DNA of 64,000 bases from Macrostomum hystrix (lineage: Eukaryota > Animalia > Platyhelminthes): NCBI GenBank assembly GCA_950097015.1, contig CATNEN010000026.1, positions 1 to 64,000 of the forward strand, written 5' to 3'. The translations under genes and the position numbers were made by a program. Under the pieces are notes generated by a model. The model made no database searches and was not told the origin of the DNA. It saw only the letters and a list, made by a program, of their open reading frames with translations. Of this stretch, positions 38,701-49,000 are shown in pieces (the first letter of the stretch is position 1; every line of letters begins with the position of its first letter).

Positions 38701-40869
38701 CTGACTCATCCAGCCTGTCACTGACCCATCCAGCCTGTCACTGACCCATCCAGCCTGTCACTGACCCATCCAGCCTGTCACTGACCCATCCAGCCTGTCA
38801 CTGACCCATCCAGCCTGTCACTAACTCATCCAGCCTGTCACTGACTCATCCAGCCTGTCACTGACTCATCCAGCCTCTCACTAACTCATCCAGCCTGTCA
38901 CTGACTCATCCAGCCTCTCACTGACTCATCCAGCCTGTCACTGACTCATTCAGCCTGTCACTGACCCATCCAGCCTGTCACTGACCCATCCAGCCTGTCA
39001 CTAACTCATCCAGCCTGTCACTGACTCATCCAGCCTGTCACTGACTCATCCAGCCTGTCACTGACTCATCCAGCCTGTCACTGACTCATCCAGCCTCTCA
39101 CTAACTCATCCAGCCTGTCACTGACTCATCCAGCCTCTCACTGACCCATCCAGCCTGTCACTGACTCATCCAGCCTGTCACTGACCCATCCAGCCTGTCA
39201 CTGACCCATCCAGCCTGTCACTGACCCATCCAGCCTGTCACTGACCCATCCAGCCTGTCACTGACCCATCCAGCCTGTCACTGACCCATCCAGCCTGTCA
39301 CTAACTCATCCAGCCTGTCACTAACTCATCCAGCCTGTCACTGACTCATCCAGCCTGTCACTGACTCATCCAGCCTCTCACTGACTCATCCAGCCTGTCA
39401 CTGACTCATCCAGCCTGTCACTGACTCATCCAGCCTCTCACTAACTCATCCAGCCTGTCACTGACCCATCCAGCCTGTCACTGACCCATCCAGCCTGTCA
39501 CTGACTCATCCAGCCTGTCTCTGACTCATCCAGCCTGTCACTGACTCATCCAGCTATTGAATTTCATCGAAGTTTAGAGTTGCAGAGCGGTCGAACACGT
39601 TTGCACCTCGCATTAAGGTCCCTGAGCTCGATTCCACGGTGAGCAGACGCACCTGACCCAGCGGTCGTCTAAATTCGTCGATTTGCGCACTAATTTGTTC
39701 CGCAGATTCCACAACAGCCAGCCACTACAGTCAGTTATTACAATAACAACGGAGTCGGAGGCGGCGGAGGCGGTCCTCAAGGGGTCTATGCGCCCCACAT
39801 GAAACAGACGGTGTCTATGCCAGTTAACTCTGTCACCTTGCAAACTGGGGTAAGTAATGTGTTGCTGCTTGTATTATTCGGTTAAACTGATTCGCTAATT
39901 TTTTCAGTGTTGTTCTTATATATAACCTAAAACCTGTAGACAGACTGTAGTAATGCAAGCACGATCTCACCCTATAACTTTTACCAACCTACTTATTAAA
40001 AAATATTCGATATTGTGTTGTAACTTATCGTCTCCGTTTTTTGACGTGCCTGTGTGCTTTTGTTCTTAACTCCACCTTTGAACTGTGCAGGAATTTGCAA
40101 CCAGCCAGCAACAGGCTCCATCTCTGAGCACTGCTTATCAGCGGGCTCAGTTGACCCCGCCAAAGATAAAGGTAGGATGGTAATTTTAAGCATCTGTAAA
40201 TAACCGAATAAAGTTAGCAATAAATAATATTTTTGTTGCAACTATCTAAATTATTAAAAAACCTATTTGAAATTCTAAGACTAAGACAATATCAGATGAC
40301 ACAGAAAGTGTCTGTCAAATGTAACAAGGTTTGAGTGTCAAATGTCACAGAAAGTGGGTGTCAAATGTCACAGTTAGTGGGTGTCAAATGTCACAGTAAG
40401 TGGGTTTCAAATGTCACAGAAAGTGGGTGTCAAATGAGCTTGCCCTTTAGCTTGCTCTTTGGATTTTAGCTCCCTTTTTAAGAATCCTCCTGTCTTTTAC
40501 TCTGTTGCTTGACGGGAATTGTGAAGGACTCGAAACATAACATATTAATTACCCCTCTTGTGATTATTTACTTTTTTTTTTAATTTTGCTATACCATTAT
40601 AAGCGCTATTTTTTATCCAGTAACGTAATGATAAAAATGGCACAATAAGTATGTAAAAAATGCTCGCACTTTTCTACTGCCAGTAGAGAAATAGGCTTTT
40701 TTTCGGTGTGATAAAATTCGATTTTTTGTTTTGCTTGAATCGCATTAGTAATTTTTTCGCGCTTAAATAATTGTCCACTAGGTAAATAAATAAATAAAAT
40801 TTAGCAACAACTATTATTTTATATTCAACACTTTCTTCAGCCAATGATCATTCAAAGCCATTCGGGTTC

Positions 40870-40912
<43 letters not shown>

Positions 40913-41437
40913 CAAGTGCAAGGCGGCATTGTGGGCGGGCCACCGCAAAAGATGGCCCGCATGGACACACCAATCCACGGCAGTCTGGTGAGCGCTGTTC
41001 ACAGATCAAATCTACCCCTGCTTAAATTATCATCCCACTAATCTCCCACGCATTTTAATCCCTATGTCATTATTCTCCTCAGTTCTATTCCAAACCCTCT
41101 AATCTCCCACGCATTCTAATCCCCATGTCATTATCCCCCAGTTCGATTACAATCACACTAATCTCCCACGCATTCTAATTCCCATGTCATTATCCTCCCC
41201 AGTTCGATTCCAATCACACTAATCTCCCACGCATTCTAATTCCCATGTCATTATCCTCCCCAGTTCGATTCCAATCACACTAATCTCCCACGTATTCTAA
41301 TCCCCTTGTCATTTTCCTACCGATGAAATTTTCAAATTCTTCCCTTTTTCATAAATGTTTATCTTCCAATAATCAATTTTCTGTTTCCTTTCCATTGACT
41401 TTTAGCGACTTCCAGGGCACTCTCAAGCGCAATTAGC

Positions 41438-41500
<63 letters not shown>

Positions 41501-41750
41501 CCCGCAGGTTCTTACTGGGCGCATGTTGAGTCAGCAGCCAAGATTTAATGTCCCATCCTCCTCGGTGCCCTATTCAGCAGCCCATCAGTCTGGACAGCCG
41601 CAGATGCTCATGCAGTCAGCATCGACAGTAATTATGACGCAACAGCCGCCACAGCAGCAGCCGCAGCAGTTATATCATCAAGGAACAGTCGATCTTGATC
41701 CTCAGATGCGCAATCCACAAATGGGATATCCTGATCAACAGCGCTACTAA
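32755..41750 (+). CDS. MED25: Mediator subunit 25-like, ~721 aa; join(32755..32873,33603..33845,34422..35199,35488..35877,39706..39849,40841..40987,41406..41750)
   Basis: Phase-consistent GT-AG introns, 2166 nt. VWA-like motifs DCLLVIE, HYVKPYLESLNG..SDFG..FRVVSFN, RHACLIVHS and LTVLSPRLNQQLDELYEKV. ACID/PTOV-like LWQGTFEF and IPSDQGKF. Q-rich C-terminus. Confidence 0.8.
33890..34410. repeat. Composite pyrimidine-rich minisatellite filling MED25 intron 2 (~20-bp unit, then ~40-bp unit)
   Basis: TCTCATCCTTTCCCCCAAA units followed by ATGCTTATCATTCATCCCCAAATCCCATCCTATTCCTCAG units. Confidence 0.9.
35232..35430. repeat. 21-bp minisatellite (GAGAGAGTAGGGTGAGGATAT), ~9 copies, MED25 intron 3
   Basis: Read directly. 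Confidence 0.92.
36031..36500. repeat. 22-bp minisatellite (CATTGACAGCTGTACCAAAAAC), ~21 copies
   Basis: Read directly; MED25 intron 4. Confidence 0.92.
37116..39554. repeat. 20-bp satellite (CTGACYCATCCAGCCTSTCA), ~122 copies
   Basis: Exact 20-bp register over 2.4 kb with three polymorphic positions; MED25 intron 4. Confidence 0.98.
40312..40436. repeat. 23-bp minisatellite (GTGTCAAATGTCACAGAAAGTGG), ~5 copies
   Basis: Read directly; MED25 intron 5. Confidence 0.85.
41038..41310. repeat. ~61-bp minisatellite, 4-5 copies
   Basis: CTAATCTCCCACGCATTCTAAT...ATTCCAATCACA repeated; MED25 intron 6. Confidence 0.85.
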
Positions 41751-42552
41751 TAGTAATAGTCTTGAAAAAAACAAGCGATTTAAAACGTTCTTTGCGAATT
41801 AACAGCTAAAATGGAAATGCAAACATTGAATCTTCGAGATTGAAAATTCTCTTGCGACAAAAGCTAGTTTTTCTTCGAAACTATTGCGGTCCCTAGTTCG
41901 AAGCCTAGCAGAAACTATATTAATTACAATAATTACATACTTTCTGTCTTTTGTCAAAAGAATATCCTAGCTGTTATTCATTTGTTCTAATACAGTTAAT
42001 TTTATTAATGTAAAGTGAAAGTATTAATGTAATTTCGCTAAAATTTTTCGATTCCTACGTACTTTCAATAGCTAGCAAGCAGTTTTTTTTTATTTTGCGT
42101 TACACCGCATGATTTATAAAATACACCCCCTGTGCTACTGAGTTAGTAAGTAGTGTGCAGGATTGTATTTGTGCGTCTTCATGTTCAACTTTGTTCCTTA
42201 AGACAGAAAAAAATAATTTTGTGGCTTAAGCCGACTGAGAGATTTAGTGTTAATTAGGTTAAAAATAATGTTAAATTGTTTTCATAATAATTGTCGTCTC
42301 AAGCTCGTGTATATGTAGTTTCAATACAGTAAAACTTGTTTAATGTCAGGCGAATGTATAGTGTCTGCGTGTACTGTGTAAAAAGGTGAATAAATATCTT
42401 AACAGGCCCGTTTAAATGTTATATAGATGTTTCCATTACGTTTGAGTGTTGATGTTTCTTTATTTTATTTTTGCAGAATTCGACTTCAAGATCAAAATCC
42501 CAGCTCAAATCTTGGCAATTCAAATTGCACTTTGCTAGCCGCTTGTAATAAG

Positions 42553-42624
42553 TCCCTGATGGTCTAGCGGTTAGGATCCCTGGTTTTCACCCAGGTGGCC
42601 CGGGTTCGACTCCCGGTCAGGGAA
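42553..42624 (+). tRNA. tRNA-Glu (anticodon TTC)
   Basis: 72 nt; acceptor stem TCCCTGA/TCAGGGA, anticodon arm CCTGG-TTTTCAC-CCAGG, T-loop GGTTCGACTCC, and an oligo-T terminator ~6 nt downstream. Confidence 0.96.
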
Positions 42625-43080
42625 ACAAATTTTTTTTGCCTTGTACGTCCGAGCCTGCTTAAACCTAATCGTTAAAATCATGTGTTTTGTCATGTAAAAT
42701 TGTCTAGTTTCAATTTTAGCTGTAATTTGGAATTCTTAATCCCATCCATTAATCTATATATATCCATTTAATTATTTATATAATTACTCATGGCAAATCG
42801 AGTATTGCATACCTACTCTTCTACTCTTAATTCCTGAAGTCTTGACGCCAAACACCAGTTAAGGTCCTCATAACTGGTGTATGATCCTAAGGATATTTTC
42901 TCATTTTACAACTTCAGATTTAGATCTAGAATCCTTTTCGTAATGTGCCAAGTAGTTTACAGATACAAGTGAGGCACAATACAGTAGCCCTCGATCGCCG
43001 ATATGTATCGAAAAAGTAACATCACTACACAATCTCTTTCAGGTTCAGTGCTTGTGAGTTTGCATTTGAAAAGGCAAACG

Positions 43081-46000
43081 ATGCAGTTTTCTGTGCTGGA
43101 ATGGGTGAGTCAGCGCCTATTTCTAGCCCTAGTCGTCACGCTCAAGCATGCGTGGCTCCGTGACTCGACTTCAGGTCTCAACGTCAGCAACAATGCTCTT
43201 CTCGAGCTGGAGAACGTTGAATCTGATTTAGAAGACGCCGACGACGATGTCGACGCCACGGACGAATCAGAGAACTGGACGCCGCCAACGTCCGATCAGG
43301 TGCTGCTGGGTCGCCTGACTCGATTAGCCGAAGCCGAGAAGCCGAAACCAAGCAGCCTAGTAACCATGGTTACGAGCTGCAACCTAAGGAATGGAACTGG
43401 AATATTGGAGAATAATCTTGAGTTCTCCATGGACAGCGCCCAGCCGGAGGATTATCGCCCTTTTGTCGGCGACTGGGTGACTGCCGACCTAGCCTGGCCT
43501 GAGGCCGCGCCGGCGGCTGCTGCCGAATCAGAGCAGCAGGCCAAGCCACGTGTCACCCGCATTCAGCCACTGCGTCTGATGCGCTTCGCTGGTCGCGTCA
43601 CATCTATTTCTTACAGCCACGGCTACGCTAACGGTGAGATCTACTTCCATACGGGCGCCGTGCAGCCGCGCGAGCTTCGCCTTCGCCGCGGCGATCCTGT
43701 TCACGGCGTTGCCATTGAGTCGGTGCAGGTAGTTCAATTTCTGTCCGTATATTTTATTCGACTACTTATCAGTAGGATCAACAGCATTTTTTGCACTTTT
43801 AAATCTAGAATTGTAACTGAAGCTCTTTCCGTTATGTGGCTGTATCTAGTCGTTTCTAGGATTGAGAATGGTCTAATTGGAAGCAAATACTAACTGAAGT
43901 TTAATAATAAATAAGATTCAAAACTATATATTTGCTATTTATGTTGATCTTACTACTGATGTGGACAATTGAAATCCATATAAATTTATTTGTATCGATT
44001 TGTATCGACTTCCTATTCAACATTCAGTTTCTTTAATCGACTCTGAACTTTATATAAAGCTGGACTAAGAACCATTCAGTTTTTTTTTCCGATATGTATA
44101 GAAAAATATAATTTGAAGGTCGGCTGTGAAAAGAAGTTGCGTTGACCGACTCCTTTATTATGTTAAAGACTTGCTAAATGGCATTATTATTGGTCACTGT
44201 CAATGAGTCTTCGAATTTGATTAGTTGTTTTAAAGCGGCTTGTTATATACATATCAGTGTTTTTTATAATAATTTAATGAGCTTTTATAAAAATTAGGAT
44301 TCATTTGAGATTTTTCTTGTGGGATTTTTCGTCTATGGGCTCATCATATTCAGGTTATGTATTGTTTATTCTCTTAACTGACCCTTAAATCCCTACTTTC
44401 AAATTTTCAGAGTCATAAAAAGCCATAGACACAACAGCGGGCTGTTATCTTTGCTTTTCGGGGATGTATTTTTCGCCAAACCCGCAAGTTCACCCACTCG
44501 CAACGAATTCTAAAAAAGTGCAAACGCGACCAAATTTGATACCATCGGGGCAACATAACGCGAAGTTTTAGTTTATTTGTTGATAGCTACTGAGCAATTG
44601 TTGAAGACAAAGCTGCTGGCACCAGACGCCTTAGCAACTTCACAAAGCTTCTTGTTGTCCAAGTCTGCCGATGAATGACAAATCTGAATATCCGACGTTT
44701 GCTTGTACGTTCGCACTCCGGTGACACTCCGATGTCCAGTGCGCTCCATTATCTGTTGTTCCTCGATACCAGATTGATAAAGTCTAGTAGCGCAAGTTGC
44801 GCGCAGACTATGGTTGGTCTTCTTGCCTTGGACACCAGCCGTTTTGCACATGTCGGCTAGAAATTTGCTTAACTGGTTTTTTCCGATTGGTCGACTGGAG
44901 AACCAAAAATGTGCGTAGGCGTCTTGGCGGGCAGCAAATAGAACCGTTTGTTGCCGCTCGGCCTTACAGACATGAACTTTTGAAACAATCGAACGTGGCA
45001 GCGAGCAGGGTTAGTCTCGTTGGGAAACTGGATGACCTCCTTTGGCTCGTAGCGAGTGTCACTCAAGCCGCCTGCATTGGTCTTGGTTGCAGTCTCCTTG
45101 TATACAAGGCACATCTTGCCGTTTCTGTCCTCGAGGCGGAATCGGTCAATGGACAGCTGACTGTGTTCCTGAGCACCCCGAAGGGCAAAGTGCAAACCGT
45201 TTAGATAGAAGAGTGTCCTTAATAGCTGCTCAGGTGTTTCGCTGCCCAGGACCTTGTCCCACAGCTTCTCTTCATCTGCGTAGCTGAAAATCTCTGCGTG
45301 CTGTTTGTTTAGTCCTAGTCCTTCCTTTGTACCGATCTTCATAGCGGCATCCAAGCTTTCTCTTACGAGGTGAAATGCCTCACCTCTGAAGAAGTCGACC
45401 TGACGAACTGTACGGACTGTCTGCTGTAGGCCGGCAATCAGTGACACCAGTGAATTTGGAGCGTATTTCATTCCATCTTCGCGTCGCACTTCGTGAATAA
45501 AGACGGACTGACACTTGCTTAGCTCGGAATCGTCCAAGTTATGCACGTCGCGGATGCAGCCATATGTCTTGCTGCGTCTCCATCGGTCAAACACACTCAC
45601 CGCCCAGTGATTTCTATTGACGGTATTCACCGACTTTGTTGTGCCGTTGAGTTGCTTTATCACTTCAATATCATACTCGATTCCGTCTGCAGTTGAAGAC
45701 CCAGAAGCCGTAACTTGTGGTGCAACTTACATTCCTTCTCCAAACTCAGCTCCCTCTCTGGCTTCCAACTGTTGTCGTTCCTCTTCACGCAACTTTTGCA
45801 ACGCATAGGGATCACTCAGATCATTTTCAGAGCTGAGTAGTCGCTGAAAATCTTCGGTGGACAGAACATTTGGATCATAATCGCCGACAAAATCCGCAGA
45901 TAAATCAATCAATGGATTAATCCTAAACATTCTATTCTAGCAATAGATTTTCTGCTTGCTCACAAAGCTAAAAACGCAGCTTTACTCATGTTTCGCTTTA

Positions 46001-49000
46001 AATCCATTCTATAGTTGACTCAAAGCGGACCATAGACATTTAATGAACAAGATATTCACTATGCTTAGAAACGTTTTTTTAAATGATACGGAAGAATTCA
46101 GTGTCTATGGTCCAAACTATATTCCGGGTTGTATTAAAATACATTCGGGAGTTTAAAAGCATAGATTTAAGCAAAGATTATAAATAGGGTATTTATAATC
46201 TTTGGATTTAAGTGAGATAATGCATGGCCTTTACGGGTTGTATTATCTTAAATCCCTCGAGCCTTCGGCTCTCGCAATTTAAACAAATACAACCCTAAAA
46301 GCCATGCTTTATCTTCTACATAGAATTCTAGATACCTAACTTGAAGTAAAGGATTGGAAGAGGTAAATATTCTTTACCCCGTAAAAGCAGTGGACAAAGT
46401 AGGATATATGCTTGTTTCCAAATTCCACTTTTTAAAAGTTTTTGGAAGAAGGTTTTCGTTAATAAGCTATTTATGCTTGAGTGAAAATTTTTAGTGAAAA
46501 TTAGAGCAGTTAATGTTTTGTGAATTCCTCATAATTGAAATTAAGAACTTTAAGAATTGTGTGTTCGGCATAGATTTATAATTAATTTATGCGCCGCAAC
46601 CGTTTTTTGGAGAATTATCAGATCACTCTGGTCACTCGCATACCAATTAAAAATGCCTTTACTAACGTTTTACCTCATTGGTAAAAGATTTGGACTTACG
46701 GCTTGAAGGTCGGGGGTTCGATTCCCAACTACACAGGAGCAATTTATGTTCCTTACAAAGACTGTGTATGTTTTCTATGATTCAGAAGGCCTCTTAAATC
46801 ATTGTTCTTCTTAGAGCCGAACCTGCAACTACCGAGCCGTTACCATCTGCGCCGGAGACTGCGGCGACGCCAGCTCCGACGCCGGCTCCTTGTCTCAAAT
46901 GTGGGATCGCGGCGCCCTGGTGCCTCACGAGTCCAGCCTGATTTCATTGTCGGGCGGCAGCGGCCAGGCGGCACTGACTGACGCCCATTCAGCCGGCGTT
47001 CAATTTAGGCCGCCGATCTGCAATTTCGGCCGTTCAGCGATGGGGTCGGAGCTGGAGGCCATTGTGTCAGTGTTGAACTCCGGCCAGCAGCCAATTGTGT
47101 GGCTGGAAGCTCGGGTGGATTCAACTACCAACGATCAGTTCTGCGTTGCCTTGGTGACGCACGAAGATCAAGAGGATGGGGATTGGATTCAAGGCCGAAT
47201 CATTGCGCCTGGACAGGCTATACAGGTTCGTTATATTTTGCTCTTGGATAACCTGTATTTTTATATGGGGATAAAAACAGGCTTGGGTGGGATTTCGCTT
47301 TCGCGCCAAGGTCCCTGAGCTCGATTCCGCGGCGAATTTCGTGAAATTTTTGCCGTTGAGGGTCAACCTCCAAGGCACGGTGAGAGTGTACACTGCCTGA
47401 CGATGAGAAATTCAGGGCAGATGTACACACCTGTGTGTGCCTGCGTACGGTATCTGTGTGCGTGTGTGCTCAGGAGTCAGCGAAATGTGCAGAATGGGCT
47501 CCTCGCTGGCTGCGGGTCTAGTGTCACCAAATGATGTGCCATTGCCCACAGCCCTCCTGCAATTATTATTATTACTATTATCGAGCTCCTCAGATTGAGA
47601 TAAAATTGGCCAGATTGAGACTTCATTCTAGAGATTGGGATAGAGATCTAGGGATTGCGTTGATAATTTACAGATTTGGATTAAACTCTAAATTATGAAC
47701 CGAGTGTCAGTAGATAATGAACAGAGTGTCAGTAGATAATGAACCGAGTGTCAGTAGATAATGAAGCAAGTGTCAGTAGATAATGAACCGAGTGTCAGTA
47801 GATAATGAAGCAAGTGTCAGTAGATAATGAACCGAGTGTCAGTAGATAATGAAGCAAGTGTCAGTAGATAATGAACCGAGTGTCAGTAGATAATGAAGCA
47901 AGTGTCAGTAGATAATGAACCGAGTGTCAGTAGATAATGAAGCAAGTGTCAGTAGATAATGAAGCAAGTGTCAGTAGATAATGAACCGAGTGTCAGTAGA
48001 TAATGAACCGAGTGTCATAAGTGTCATTGGGATAAGAACTCGAGCCCTGCCAACCTCATCCAGATTGCCGTTCGCTGCCTCAGCCGACTGCCCGGCGTGG
48101 ACACTCAGCTGTGCGTAGTTCGCTTCGCCGAGTTCTCGGTCGGCCTGCCGCTGACTGTGACTGTCGCTGATCCGCTAGCCGACTCCGCCCAGTTCGCGCT
48201 TTCCCCAGCGACGCCCGGCGGCTTCGGTCGAGGCTTTCACCGCGATCCGACCGTCAGAGCCGTTGGCCTCGACGCTGACAACATCCTGCCCGGTGTGCGG
48301 CCGGCGCGCGGCCCAGAGATTGTCCGCCTGCCGCACCGGCTGGGGCAGCACCGGCCGCCCCCGGCCATGGCGCGCCTCATCCTGGGCGAAGGCGGCGGAG
48401 CTGTCGACCTCGACAACGAGTCGGACAACGAGTCGGACAATGACGGTGAGGCGGAGATGGAACGCCGCCTACTAGCGGGCTGGCCTAGCCTTGCAGAACC
48501 ACTGTCGCCAGGCGGTTGCTATGCGGCCAAGCTGGGCGCACTGCTGCACCTGGAGGAGCTGGCCGAGGCGGCGGCTTTGAGGGAGCACAGCCTGGCTATG
48601 GCTACGCTGGAGCGCGCCGGTCCCGCCTATCAGTATCTGGCGCTGGAGGTGCCCGGACTGGCCGAGGGCCGGCCCAGCCTTCTGGTTGGAGACAAGGTGA
48701 GGCTTTAGTGTACGTTTTATTGCACCTGCCAATTCACGGATTGCATTGAAGGTGTATCGCATGTAGCTAGATAAAGCTACTGCATGTAGCTTATTAAGCT
48801 ACTACAAGTAGTTCATTAAGCTAATACAAGTAGTTCATTAAGCTACTACAAGTAGTTCATTAAGCTACTACAAGTAGTTCATTAAGCTACTACAAGTAGT
48901 TCATTAAGCTACTACAGGTAGTTCATTAAGCTACTACAGGTAGTTCATTAAGCTACTACAAGTAGTTCATTAAGCTAATACAAGTAGTTCATTAAGCTAC

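Noticed and set aside
37116-39554. CRISPR-like regular array (also 28088, 52468, 63184)
   Set aside because: Units are directly adjacent with no unique spacers, there are no cas genes, and the context is eukaryotic.
43003-43080. ORF-track start for the helicase at 43003 and continuation to 43893
   Set aside because: The upstream part looks like AT-rich UTR, and the sequence after the CAG|GTAGTT donor at 43728 is intronic.
45687-45730. 44-bp GTAAGT...CTGCAG intron that might remove the Crypton stop codon
   Set aside because: Donor phase 2 and acceptor phase 1 do not match, so splicing would frameshift. The two ORFs are already in the same frame across one TAA.
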